From a virus, in IMG/VR virus record IMGVR_UViG_3300013093_000022, positions 32,001 through 96,000 of that record: a stretch of 64,000 bases of DNA; one strand, given 5' to 3'. The position numbers and the translations under genes are program-made. The notes under the pieces were generated by a model. The model was not told where the DNA came from. It saw nothing but the letters and a program-made list of their open reading frames with translations, and did not search any database. Of the stretch, positions 47,909-57,734 are shown piece after piece; the stretch's first letter is position 1, and every line of letters begins with the position of its first letter.

Positions 47909-48504
47909 CAGTTCTCCTTGCTGCGGCTGGGCGACGTCACCGTCACCGACTTGATGATGTCGGAGATCGACACCGACTCTTCCTCGGACCGGGCCTCGGT
48001 GATCTCACCGGTCATCACGTCCATCACCTTGTCGCCGATCTTCACCGGCGACGGGTTGGTGAACTCGTCGATGTCGTTGCGGAACTGGGACTGGGCGACA
48101 CGCTTCTTCACCGACCGGTCGATCAGTCCCTGGGTCTGCTCCTTGGCGTCGATCGCCCGGCTCTGCGGGGCATCCTCGACGACCAGCTTCGCCTTGATCT
48201 CGGTCAGCACGTTCCCGACGACAGACTGCTCGGGTGCCATCAGGCCCATCATCTCGTCCTCCAGGTCGGGGGAGATGGTGACCTTTCCGGCGGCGTAGTT
48301 GCGGGCCACGCCCGGCAGGTCGAGGGCGGCGGGGGGCAGGTAGGCGATCGAGTCGGGGCCACCGGAGGCCTTCAACTCGATGTCAACTTTCTGCCCGTTC
48401 CCGGCCTTCTCGTGCAGGGTCCACGGCAGGCCGGTGTTGTTCCGGATGAACAGCGACTTCTTCGACGCCCGGAGTTGGGCCATCGTGTAGGTCTTTTCGG
48501 TCAC
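47908..48504 (-). CDS. hypothetical virion-region protein
   Basis: 198 aa from GTG 48504. Confidence 0.65.
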   Translation of the reverse strand: MTEKTYTMAQLRASKKSLFIRNNTGLPWTLHEKAGNGQKVDIELKASGGPDSIAYLPPAALDLPGVARNYAAGKVTISPDLEDEMMGLMAPEQSVVGNVLTEIKAKLVVEDAPQSRAIDAKEQTQGLIDRSVKKRVAQSQFRNDIDEFTNPSPVKIGDKVMDVMTGEITEARSEEESVSISDIIKSVTVTSPSRSKEN

Positions 48505-48568
48505 AGGACCTTCCCTCGATTCTGGTTCTTGCACCTATTGGTCAGCCGGAGTATAGCCGACTACAGGG

Positions 48569-51500
48569 TCAGAGGTAGAACGCCAGGAACTCGCCCGAGT
48601 TGCCCGCCGAGTAGGGCTCGACCGAACTGTAGAGGCGTCCATGCCCCGACGAGAGTGGCTTCGAGGTCTGGGTGACTGAGGCGACGACCCGGCCCGTGCT
48701 TCGGAATGTCACACCGGTGACCGTGGTCGGCGCGACGATGCCGACCAGAGACCCCCTGCCGTGGATTGAGGCGGGAATGAACTGGCGAACAAAAACACTG
48801 GGGGCCGAGAGCATTCCATTCCCGGCGGGCAGCGCAGACACGGCGAACCGGATCAGTTCGGTCGCCGAGTCGCCGCCCGACCCGCGCAGGGGCACCGACA
48901 CGAAGAACCTGGCCGTCGTGGCGGCGGTGAAAGCGCCCCGGCCGGTGAGGGCGGCGGGAGACTTGAAGACCGGAACCGTCTTGGCGGTGAGGGAACCGTG
49001 GCCGGTGGGGGACGCCGTGGCGTACCGGCGGGGTATGGTGGCCGCCGTCAGCGAGCCTTTGCCTGACACTTTCTCGGTGTAGTCGATCAGGTCGACGGCG
49101 GTAAGCCTTCCCTGGCCGGTCAAAGCCTTTGAGATCGGCACGATCTGTTTGGTGGTCGCGGCCAGGGTGCCGTGGCCGGTGACCGCCTTCGAGATCGGGA
49201 TGACGGCCCTGGTGGTCGCGGTGAGGGCACCGTGGCCGGTGACGGCCTTGTTGACGAAGAAGATGGGCACGAATACCCCGGTCAGGGCACCCGAGCCGTG
49301 GGTTTGAGCCGCCGAGTTGATCGAGTACATGCGGGCCGCCGCAGACACGGTGCCCCGGCCTGGCAGGGCGGCGGCGGAGGCGAGCCTGGGGTAGGCGGCC
49401 CCCGACACGGTGCCGCTGCCCGCGAGGGGGGACGACCGGCTGAACCTAGGCGTCGCCGCCGCCCCAAGGGTGCCCCGCCCAGTCAGCGACGCCGACAGCC
49501 TGGGGGTCGCCTTGGCGGTGAGGGTGCCGCTCCCCTGGAGCGTGGCGGGGGCACTGATCCTCGGGACGGTGGCGGTTGTGATCGTGCCCCGGCCCTTAAG
49601 TCCCGGGGTGCCGACGCTGAACCTGGGGTAGGCGGTCCCCGCGAGTGCCCCGTTCCCAGTCGGGGAGCCACTGTCGGGGATCCTCGCGAAGTCGGACAGG
49701 GTCAGTGATCCGGACCCGGTGAGGGCGGCGGTCCGGGAGAACCTTTGGTATTGGGAGGCCGACAGCGAGCCGCTCCCGGCCGTGGCGGCCGACCTGACGA
49801 ATTGGGGGGTTGCCGGAGCCGACAGCGAGCCCCGACCGGCCGCTTGGCCCGTGAACGAGAAGCCGGTCGCCAGGGCGGTCGCCGACACCGACCCCTGGCC
49901 CCTGGCCGTGGGTGAGATCGGCGTGTATCCGAAAGGCTTCCCGGTCAGGGCGACCGCGATCGCCACCCAGTTCTGCGACGAGGCCAGGGTCGTGGAGAAG
50001 GTGGGGTTCTTCAGCCCCGACTCCTCCCCGACCAGGGTCGGGTAGGACACCCCGTTGACGTAGCCGTCCACGGCGATCTGCGACTCCGGGGCCGCGTAGG
50101 TTCCGAAAGACGAGGTGCTATTGCTGCCGAACGACTGCAGCACCAGGTCGCCGGTGCCCGCCGTGACCGACTGCGACGGGGTGGACGACGTGGCGGTGGC
50201 CGTCTGTGCCGACCCGATCCCCACACTGCCGACGTAGGAGACCCCGTGGGCGGTCAGGATCGAGCCGTACCCGCCCCCACCGGAGGCGTTGATGACTATT
50301 TGGTTGGTGCCCGCAGACGGGTTGGTCAGCGAGTAGATGAAGGATTTGTGAGCCGACGCCGACACCGACCCGACCAGGTTCATCGCCGCGCCGTTGTAGG
50401 TCACGCCGGAGACGTTCGCGCCCCCGTAGCAGTAGTCGTGGAGCACCACCATGAGCACGCCGCTCAGCGACGCCGCCGACGACACGGTGTGGTTCCAAGA
50501 CATCGAGCCGGTGCCGCCGATGGACAGCGACTTGCTCGACACCGAGTCCCGGACCGGGGGAGCGGCACCGGCCAAAGAGCCCTGGCCGGTCAGCGACTTC
50601 GAGACGATGAACTTGGTCGAATTGGCGTTCGCCGAGAGGGAGCCGTGGCCGGACAGCGGGACCGATACGTTGAACTTTAGGGCGGCCGACAGTGTGCCGC
50701 GACCCGAAACCTGCGCCGTAAGCCCTGGGACGGCTTTACCGGTCAGCGAGCCGTTGCCGTGCGGCGACGACGGGGTCGGGATCCTAGGTGTCGTGAACCC
50801 GGTCAGCGACCCGGCACCGGTCAGTGGGGCGGTCGCGGCGATCCTCGGATAGGTGGCCGCCGTCAGGGTGCCGCTGCCGGTCAATGCGGCCGACCGGCTG
50901 AACCTCTGGGCGGTCAGGCACGTCAGCGAGCCGGAGCCCGACAGGAGGGCGAACCGGGCGAAACGCGGGGTAGCGGTCGCCGAGACGAGGCCGTGGCCGG
51001 ACAGGGCCGACGACGCGGAAAAACTGGGGGTGCAGGAACCGGCGAGGGTGCCGTGGCCGGATACCGAGGCCGCCGAACCGAAACTCTGGTAGGTGGCACC
51101 GGTCAGGCGGCCGTTCCCGGTCGGCGACCCGTTGTCGGGGATCTTGGCGTAGTCGGACAGCGACAGGGCCCCGTGGCCAGTCAGCGAGACCGAAACCGAG
51201 AGCCTCGGGTATCGGGTGGCGGACAGGGACCCGTTGCCCGTCAAGGCAACCGAAACGGGTATTCGGGCGTACTTGGCCGCCGACAGGAGGCCCTGGCCGC
51301 TTGTCGACGCCGACCGGGAGAAAATCGCGTAGCAGGACCCCGACAGGGATCCGCTGCCCGAGAGGCCCGTCGGGCGGGAGTACCTGGCGTACGCGGCGGC
51401 CGCCAGCGTCCCAGACCCTACCGGTGAACCGGTGTCGGGAATCTTCGCGAAGTCGGAGACGGCCAGGGTGCCGTGGCCCGAGACCGGGGCCGTCTGGCTG

Positions 51501-51727
51501 AACACGGGCCTGGTCGAGGCCGACAACGATCCGTGGCCGGACAGTGAACCGGCCCGGTAGGTCGCCGTGGAGCCGGAGAGGGCACCGTTACCGGTTAGTG
51601 AGGCCGACGCCGAAGTCGAACCCGACGAGGGCGGGGTCCACAGGAACGAGGTCGGGCCGTTCATCCCGGCCAGGCCGACCAGGCCCCCCGACGCTACCGA
51701 GAGCGAGGGTTCGGTCGCCAAAGCCAC
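48569..51727 (-). CDS. Ser/Thr/Gly-rich repeat fibre protein (~40 x ~20-aa GxGxLxA repeats, central beta-sandwich-like domain)
   Basis: repeats counted by eye in the translation. Confidence 0.8.
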   Translation of the reverse strand: MALATEPSLSVASGGLVGLAGMNGPTSFLWTPPSSGSTSASASLTGNGALSGSTATYRAGSLSGHGSLSASTRPVFSQTAPVSGHGTLAVSDFAKIPDTGSPVGSGTLAAAAYARYSRPTGLSGSGSLSGSCYAIFSRSASTSGQGLLSAAKYARIPVSVALTGNGSLSATRYPRLSVSVSLTGHGALSLSDYAKIPDNGSPTGNGRLTGATYQSFGSAASVSGHGTLAGSCTPSFSASSALSGHGLVSATATPRFARFALLSGSGSLTCLTAQRFSRSAALTGSGTLTAATYPRIAATAPLTGAGSLTGFTTPRIPTPSSPHGNGSLTGKAVPGLTAQVSGRGTLSAALKFNVSVPLSGHGSLSANANSTKFIVSKSLTGQGSLAGAAPPVRDSVSSKSLSIGGTGSMSWNHTVSSAASLSGVLMVVLHDYCYGGANVSGVTYNGAAMNLVGSVSASAHKSFIYSLTNPSAGTNQIVINASGGGGYGSILTAHGVSYVGSVGIGSAQTATATSSTPSQSVTAGTGDLVLQSFGSNSTSSFGTYAAPESQIAVDGYVNGVSYPTLVGEESGLKNPTFSTTLASSQNWVAIAVALTGKPFGYTPISPTARGQGSVSATALATGFSFTGQAAGRGSLSAPATPQFVRSAATAGSGSLSASQYQRFSRTAALTGSGSLTLSDFARIPDSGSPTGNGALAGTAYPRFSVGTPGLKGRGTITTATVPRISAPATLQGSGTLTAKATPRLSASLTGRGTLGAAATPRFSRSSPLAGSGTVSGAAYPRLASAAALPGRGTVSAAARMYSINSAAQTHGSGALTGVFVPIFFVNKAVTGHGALTATTRAVIPISKAVTGHGTLAATTKQIVPISKALTGQGRLTAVDLIDYTEKVSGKGSLTAATIPRRYATASPTGHGSLTAKTVPVFKSPAALTGRGAFTAATTARFFVSVPLRGSGGDSATELIRFAVSALPAGNGMLSAPSVFVRQFIPASIHGRGSLVGIVAPTTVTGVTFRSTGRVVASVTQTSKPLSSGHGRLYSSVEPYSAGNSGEFLAFYL

Positions 51728-51752
51728 GATCTACCCTCCCCCTGTCACCTAT

Positions 51753-52337
51753 TTAGGGGGTGACAGTGACCGTGTTCGACACCTCCGAGGTGGCGGTGTG
51801 GCCGTAGTGGTCGGTGGCGGTCACCGTGAACGAGACGTCGGCACCGGGGGTCAGGCCGGTGACCGTCAGGGTGACGTCGCCACCGGAAACGACCGGGGAT
51901 CCCGACACCGTCACGGCACCCGAAGGGTCGGACACGGTGTACGTCCACGGGGCGTTGGGCGACGACGGTTGCGGGAAGGTGAGGGTCGCCTCCGAACCCG
52001 CGATCGGGTTTGCGACCGGGGTCGCCGACCACGCCAGGGGCACGTCGGCGGTGAAGGTGGCGGCGAACTCGCTGGGCGTGTAGCAAGTAATCGTTTCGCC
52101 GTCCGACACGATCCAGTCGTGTTCGTAAGCGACCTGGGTTTCAAGCCGGGGCTGGACGAAGCTGATCTGCCAGATCGGTGCCTCGATGGTGCCCTGGCAC
52201 AGGGCGTTGGTCTGGTAGCCCAGTTGTGCCCCGACGATCATGGCCGTCATGGCGTCGGCGGGGTGGTCGAAGTCCACCTGCCATGCGCTGAACGTCGGCG
52301 CGGCGGGAGGGGTGATGAGGGTGGGGTTGATGGTCAT
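51753..52337 (-). CDS. virion protein with C-terminal Fn3/Ig-like domain
   Basis: TLTVTGLTPG..SFTVTA. Confidence 0.65.
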   Translation of the reverse strand: MTINPTLITPPAAPTFSAWQVDFDHPADAMTAMIVGAQLGYQTNALCQGTIEAPIWQISFVQPRLETQVAYEHDWIVSDGETITCYTPSEFAATFTADVPLAWSATPVANPIAGSEATLTFPQPSSPNAPWTYTVSDPSGAVTVSGSPVVSGGDVTLTVTGLTPGADVSFTVTATDHYGHTATSEVSNTVTVTP

Positions 52338-52352
52338 GTGTCAGTCCTTAAA

Positions 52353-53084
52353 TTAGATCGCTGGTGCTAGAACGGTGGACATTGCTGTGTAAAACCTCGC
52401 GTAAGATGCGGTGCCGCTGATGGTTCCGGTGAAGGTCTTCGTGGTGCTTGCATCGGCAATGTTTGAGCCGACGTAATATACCCCCGCACCGTTCCAGCCG
52501 CTTAAGTTGAACCTTTGATCCCCCCCGGCAGGGGAGGTGATGCCGGAAGGCGAGTTGAAGCAACTGAACATGAATCCATTTACGACCATATTGTTGACAG
52601 GGCAGGAAATGGTGTTACTGAGGCTGATCGCCGCTGTTGTTGACGTAACCGGATTCACTGTGGTCGCCTGACTGGTGACATTCAAGTAGGACATTGAGGA
52701 AATACAGGTCCAGACTGCGTTGCCGCCAAATGTGATGTAGAGGCTTACCGGGCCTCCGCTGACATTCGGCAATCCGTATCGGGAATACATCCCAGCGGTA
52801 CTCAAGCCAGATTCTGTAAAGGTGACCGACGAGAGAAGCTGCATTGCGGTTCCCGACGACCCACCGTACTGGACGCTGGTTATTGGCACGCGGTCGGTCA
52901 CAACATCTACAATCAAATACGACCCCGCCGTGGCAACACTGTTGATTGAGTAAGTGGTGGCGTTGATATACTGCTGGTAGGTCGTCGGGTAGCCCGTCCC
53001 GCTCTGGTCGTATTTGACAGCGATCCCCTCCGATGGCTGTGGGGCAATTGGCCTGATCGGGAACCGACGCAACAGGTGCGCCAT
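52353..53084 (-). CDS. fibre cassette module 5 (beta-sandwich type)
   Basis: low GC; MAHLLRRFP. Confidence 0.7.
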   Translation of the reverse strand: MAHLLRRFPIRPIAPQPSEGIAVKYDQSGTGYPTTYQQYINATTYSINSVATAGSYLIVDVVTDRVPITSVQYGGSSGTAMQLLSSVTFTESGLSTAGMYSRYGLPNVSGGPVSLYITFGGNAVWTCISSMSYLNVTSQATTVNPVTSTTAAISLSNTISCPVNNMVVNGFMFSCFNSPSGITSPAGGDQRFNLSGWNGAGVYYVGSNIADASTTKTFTGTISGTASYARFYTAMSTVLAPAI

Positions 53085-53764
53085 CAGAGCCTCGCCATCC
53101 CCACCGCACTCGACATAGGCATTTGCATTTGACTCAATCCCTGCGGCGGCACGTCCACGTTGGTGTAGGTGTAAATCCAGGCCGCGCCGTTACCCCCTGA
53201 CCCACCCGGACCGTAGTAAAAACTGCCGCTATTTCCCGCACTCCCAGGCGAACCACCACTACCAAATACCGCGCTAGCCGCAGTGCCCCCTAAATAGGTT
53301 TTAAAATCAAACGTGAAGTTTCCGGCAGGTTGCCCCTGAACAGCGTCGTATCCTGCGGTGACGTAACCTGCAACGCCGCCAGCCGCCGTTAAAGACCACG
53401 ATCCAGATGAGGCGGAACTGTTACTCCCGGCGATGCCGGGATAGGCGTAACCAGCGTAAGGCAAGGGACCGCCAGCGCCACCCGCGCCGACAGTCACAGT
53501 GATTTTTGCGCCGACCGGCACCGTCACACCAACTGCGAGGGTTTGGCCTTCCCACTTGCCAGCGCCACCGCCGCCGCAGTAGGTTCCACCACCGGAACCA
53601 CCACCCCCGCCGCCGATCAACACCACGTCCACGAAGTTGACACCGGCAGGAATCGTGAAAGCAAACGTACCGGGCGTGTTGAGTTGGAGGGCGAGCTGTT
53701 TATAAATCGGGGTTGGTAAAAAAACTCGTGTCTGCGGGTATCCGCGACCAAGGCGAGATGCCAT
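53084..53764 (-). CDS. fibre cassette module 4 (Gly-rich type)
   Basis: low GC; MASRLGRGYP; VDVVLIGGGGGG. Confidence 0.7.
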   Translation of the reverse strand: MASRLGRGYPQTRVFLPTPIYKQLALQLNTPGTFAFTIPAGVNFVDVVLIGGGGGGSGGGTYCGGGGAGKWEGQTLAVGVTVPVGAKITVTVGAGGAGGPLPYAGYAYPGIAGSNSSASSGSWSLTAAGGVAGYVTAGYDAVQGQPAGNFTFDFKTYLGGTAASAVFGSGGSPGSAGNSGSFYYGPGGSGGNGAAWIYTYTNVDVPPQGLSQMQMPMSSAVGMARL

Positions 53765-53765
53765 G

Positions 53766-54419
53766 TCAGATCAGCCCCCCACGAGTCATCATGGTAGTGG
53801 CTGTTATTTGGGAATAATTTTCCGGCAGGGTCAGGATGTAGGGGTTGACGTAGGCGTAGAACCAGATTGCCCCCTGACCTCCAGCGCCGCCACCGTAAGC
53901 AAAAAAAGATGGCCCCCCGCCGCCACCCGGCACCGCGCCAGTTTGACCGAAACCCAAAGAAATTAGTGGACCGCCAATGTAGCTTCTCCCATTGTAGCTA
54001 ATTCCCCCAGGTGACGTAGAGGAAGCGGTCCCAGCATTCTGCGCTCCAGCCGCGACGAGGCCGGACCAGCCAGTAGAAGTCGCCGTGGTGTTGCCCCCCA
54101 CCCCGAACCCGTAGACTCCACCACCCCCACCGGCACCGACTGAACCCGCAATGGTGGGACCGACCTGAGATACCTTGACTGTTGCCCACGCCCAGTTTCC
54201 TGGGTTACCTACGAAGCCGTAGCCCCCACCGGAGCCGCCACCTAAAGCGACCACGTCCACATACACTGCACCCACTGGAATTGTGTAGGTGTATGCACCT
54301 ACTGCGGTGAATTGTGCCATCGCATTGTTGGAGTGGACAGTGCCGGGTGCAGACTGTTTGGCCCAACCCGTGTAAGGCTGGGTGGACTGCATTGGGAAGC
54401 CTCGACCGATGACGGGCAT
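53766..54419 (-). CDS. fibre cassette module 3 (Gly-rich type)
   Basis: low GC; MPVIGRGFP; VDVVALGGG. Confidence 0.7.
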   Translation of the reverse strand: MPVIGRGFPMQSTQPYTGWAKQSAPGTVHSNNAMAQFTAVGAYTYTIPVGAVYVDVVALGGGSGGGYGFVGNPGNWAWATVKVSQVGPTIAGSVGAGGGGGVYGFGVGGNTTATSTGWSGLVAAGAQNAGTASSTSPGGISYNGRSYIGGPLISLGFGQTGAVPGGGGGPSFFAYGGGAGGQGAIWFYAYVNPYILTLPENYSQITATTMMTRGGLI

Positions 54420-55165
54420 CAGAACAACCTCCCCCTGGACATAGGGATTGTCACCGGAACCTGGGAAGGCTCCTTAAGGTACGGGGTCTGTATCAGCGGC
54501 ACAGCGATAGAGCAATACCCGAGGCTGCCGCTCGACGTGGTCGCAAAGGTCGCGGGAGGAACGGCATCACCAATATACAGCGTAGAACATGCAAAACGTT
54601 CTGTTTTTGTGAGATAACCCGTCACCGCTGTATCGCTGAGTGCGGCCCCCATCCACGCCTGGGAAATGAGCTGTCCACCCGACACTGTTGTTGAGATGGT
54701 TCCGGCAGTGTTCTGTCCTTGGAGGATGACAGGTATTCCGAATCGTCCGACGTTGTTATACGAAACTGAACCAACATAAACACCATTGGCGTTAATGTTA
54801 CAGTTGGAAACAGAAACGGAAATCGTCTGAGTACCCTTGGGTGGATTGCTCAATCCGAAAACAAAACCATATCCCCAAAAATAATAGCTGGCGATAAACA
54901 GGTAGTAAGGACCAACCTGATAGGCGATTGGTGTCATGCTTAATCCCCCACAGGAAACATTCACCGTGGGCGCGGAGTTATAGACATCTACTTCCACATA
55001 AACCAACAAAGCATTGCCAGCTATGGTGTGAGAAAAGGAGGGGTTTGCTGCCCCTGTCCCACCAGCGAAACCCGCACCAGCGGAGTCGAACGTGATCGGG
55101 GAAACCGCGCCGTCCGACAACGTCAAGGTAGAGGCGACGGGTAGGGTGCGACCAAGCCGTGCCAT
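54419..55165 (-). CDS. fibre cassette module 2 (beta-sandwich type)
   Basis: low GC; MARLGRTLP. Confidence 0.7.
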   Translation of the reverse strand: MARLGRTLPVASTLTLSDGAVSPITFDSAGAGFAGGTGAANPSFSHTIAGNALLVYVEVDVYNSAPTVNVSCGGLSMTPIAYQVGPYYLFIASYYFWGYGFVFGLSNPPKGTQTISVSVSNCNINANGVYVGSVSYNNVGRFGIPVILQGQNTAGTISTTVSGGQLISQAWMGAALSDTAVTGYLTKTERFACSTLYIGDAVPPATFATTSSGSLGYCSIAVPLIQTPYLKEPSQVPVTIPMSRGRLF

Positions 55166-55893
55166 TACAGGTACGCTCCGCGACTCATCGTTACTGGAAC
55201 CTGATTGTAAAGTTCCGGCAGTGCAGGGGGGAACGGTAGGGGGTTAAGTGGCAGAGAAAAGGAACTCCAAGCATTGGCGCTAGCGGTAGCCGAAATGTTT
55301 CCAGAGGTAGATGTTCCCAGTAGAACTTGCTGTGTTGACGCAATCGTTCCGCTGTAGCCGGAACTGTAAGAGGTCATTGCGTTGAAGATCAGCCCATTAT
55401 TTTCCAACCCGGTCACGGTTTGGCTGATCGACGTTGTAGTACCGCTGGCGGTCTGTATTCTCCCCACCGAACCAACATTGCGGAACGATATCGCGTTCAA
55501 ACCCAAGGCGCTGTTGTAGCCGGTATTTGCCGTGTTTGATATTGTCTGTAGTCCTTGCGGCGGGTTCCAGAGTAGGTATAAAAGAGCGCTCTGCGCCTGA
55601 TTGACTACGTTAACGTAGTTTAGAACGGCAGAAACGAATTTCATCGTCTGACCACCGACACTGATCGTACATGGGTTTCCTCCAATCGGACCCTGCGTAT
55701 ACAGAGTCACGAAAACGAGTAACAAGTTGCCGTAGATGTACTGTTGCTGTGTCGGGGCATTGCTAATCGCAATCGTGAACCCAGCATTGCAGCCTGGACC
55801 GACAACGTCCACCGTGACCGGGGAAAACGGGGCAATGCGGGGAGCAAGCTGATTATTCTTTGTTGAGGCGAGTTGGCTGTGAAACCTCCCCAC
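55165..55893 (-). CDS. fibre cassette module 1 (beta-sandwich type)
   Basis: low GC; MGRFH. Confidence 0.7.
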   Translation of the reverse strand: MGRFHSQLASTKNNQLAPRIAPFSPVTVDVVGPGCNAGFTIAISNAPTQQQYIYGNLLLVFVTLYTQGPIGGNPCTISVGGQTMKFVSAVLNYVNVVNQAQSALLYLLWNPPQGLQTISNTANTGYNSALGLNAISFRNVGSVGRIQTASGTTTSISQTVTGLENNGLIFNAMTSYSSGYSGTIASTQQVLLGTSTSGNISATASANAWSSFSLPLNPLPFPPALPELYNQVPVTMSRGAYL

Positions 55894-55939
55894 GACGACC
55901 TCCCCTCCGCGAAATCAGTTCACCAGAACAACGGTGAAC

Positions 55940-56440
55940 TCACTCCTCCCAGATGCAGTAGCACAGGACGGTCGTCGCCGCAGACGTCGAAGGGGTGGCC
56001 CGAATCCGAAGGCTGTACCCGGCGTTCGCCTCAACCTCTCTCCCGAGAGGGAACTGCTGCTTGAAGTAGGTGCTCAGGTCGTACGTCATCGCCAACAGCC
56101 GGGTCGCGGTGATCGTGCCCTCCGCGCTCGCGTTGAACCCGGTCGCCGCCGTGCCGGTCGTGGCCTGAGACGCCGGGCCGGTCGTGTCGTTGTAGTTCGA
56201 GATCGTCCCGGCGGTGACCGTGGCGAACACGGTGCCGGTCTCGATCAACTCCATCTGGACTGGGCTGGTCGGGGCGGCCGCGAACATGTACCCCCACTCA
56301 ACGACCCGGATCTTCTTCAGCGGGGCGATCTGGAGAATAGTTTTCACCGTCCCCGAAGAGGTCGAGGTAGCCGTCCCGGCCATAGGTGCCGTCAGGGCAG
56401 TCGTGGACGCATTCCACGAGATGAAGCAGGGTGCCGCCAT
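55940..56440 (-). CDS. virion structural protein
   Basis: Thr/Ala-rich, ends WEE; RBS GAGGAG. Confidence 0.65.
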   Translation of the reverse strand: MAAPCFISWNASTTALTAPMAGTATSTSSGTVKTILQIAPLKKIRVVEWGYMFAAAPTSPVQMELIETGTVFATVTAGTISNYNDTTGPASQATTGTAATGFNASAEGTITATRLLAMTYDLSTYFKQQFPLGREVEANAGYSLRIRATPSTSAATTVLCYCIWEE

Positions 56441-56465
56441 TGTTACTCACTCCTCGTAATCGATG

Positions 56466-57185
56466 TCACGCTATCTCCAGGGGTACATCTTCCAGCCCGG
56501 CCTCCCGGGCCTGTTCCCACGTCTTCACGTCGGGGTCGATGGCCAAAGCGGCCTGCGAGTGGCCGTACCCGATCGGGACCTCGGTCAGGTGTCCGCACCC
56601 GATCCCCGAGTCGAGCCACACCTTGAACCCTTGCTGGCGTGCGGCGTGGCAGAACCACAGGTCGTGGCCGACCAGCGGCGGCTGGGCGTCCCACATCGGG
56701 ATCCTCGGGTCCCAACCCTCGAACACCCGGCGGTGGATCGACGTCAAACCCATCGCCACCCCGTCGACCGGGTACAGGGCTGGGTTGTCGACCATTACCC
56801 TGGTCACCTCGGCCGTCAGGGGCGAGAACATCGGCGGCTTGACCTGCATCCAGGCCATCACGTGGTGGGGGGCGTCGTGCTTGAAGTAGGTGGTCCCGAC
56901 GATGTCATAATCCGCACCGTCGGGGGCGTCTCCGTAGGTGGAGATCCGGTTAAGGGCGTCCAGCGGGGGAATCATGTCGTGCTCGTAGACGACCACCCGG
57001 TCCCAGTCGTCGCCGAAATGCTTGTACGTCAAATCGACCAGGGTCGCCATCGCCTGGGGCAGGTAGATGCCCTCGGTGGCGACGGTGCCGACCACGTGGT
57101 CCTTCTTCAACTGCAGCCACTGGAAGAACCAGTTCACCGACACCTGTCGGTACATGGGGAAGGCGACGACGAGCCGATCGGTCAC
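56466..57185 (-). CDS. glycosyltransferase (GT-A / family 2-like)
   Basis: VVYEHDM (DxD variant), G.TSIHRRVFE, GHDLWFC..A..GFKVWLD.I..GH. Confidence 0.8.
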   Translation of the reverse strand: MTDRLVVAFPMYRQVSVNWFFQWLQLKKDHVVGTVATEGIYLPQAMATLVDLTYKHFGDDWDRVVVYEHDMIPPLDALNRISTYGDAPDGADYDIVGTTYFKHDAPHHVMAWMQVKPPMFSPLTAEVTRVMVDNPALYPVDGVAMGLTSIHRRVFEGWDPRIPMWDAQPPLVGHDLWFCHAARQQGFKVWLDSGIGCGHLTEVPIGYGHSQAALAIDPDVKTWEQAREAGLEDVPLEIA

Positions 57186-57730
57186 GGGGCCACACCGAAG
57201 GAGAATGAGTTCACGCCGGTAGAGTAGCACTGCGACTGGCCCGAACCGTTAACGACAACAACCTCGCCACTGTCGCCCGGATTGCCGCCCGGCGAGTCGA
57301 TCGTGATCTCGGTGTCGGAGACAACTGTGTAATCGGGCGTTAAAGGCCCGCTATCGGTCCCCAGAACGATCAGAATCGTCCCGGTGAAGAACTGGCCGGT
57401 GACGGTGATCGTGTCGCCCCCAGAGGGGCTCAGGACGGTCGGGGAGATGCCGGTGATGACCGGGACCGCCGAGTACAGGTACTGGCCTTCCGGTGCCACA
57501 GGGGAAATCCCAGAGGGGCCGGTGACCGTGACGTCGACCTGTCCGACGGCATTCGCCGGGGCGACGGCGGAGATGTAGGTGTCCTCGACGACCTCCCAGC
57601 CCGTCGCCTGGACCGAGCCGAAAGTCACGGCGGTCGCGTCGGTGAACCCCGAGCCCTCGATGCCGACGGTGTTGCCGCCGACCGTGGGACCCGAACCCGG
57701 CCAGACGCCTGTCACGACAGGGCTGGTCAT
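57182..57730 (-). CDS. tandem IPT/TIG Ig-like domain protein
   Basis: P.VTGV.P.SGP..GG..V.I.GSGF twice. Confidence 0.85.
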   Translation of the reverse strand: MTSPVVTGVWPGSGPTVGGNTVGIEGSGFTDATAVTFGSVQATGWEVVEDTYISAVAPANAVGQVDVTVTGPSGISPVAPEGQYLYSAVPVITGISPTVLSPSGGDTITVTGQFFTGTILIVLGTDSGPLTPDYTVVSDTEITIDSPGGNPGDSGEVVVVNGSGQSQCYSTGVNSFSFGVAP

Positions 57731-57734
57731 GCTC

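Noticed and set aside
48569-51727. CRISPR array or DNA-level tandem repeat
   Set aside because: Repeats are degenerate, in-frame protein repeats; no identical direct repeats with spacers and no cas genes
52353-55893. Diversity-generating retroelement or invertase shufflon
   Set aside because: No reverse transcriptase, recombinase, TR/VR pair or inverted repeats seen; all genes are co-oriented
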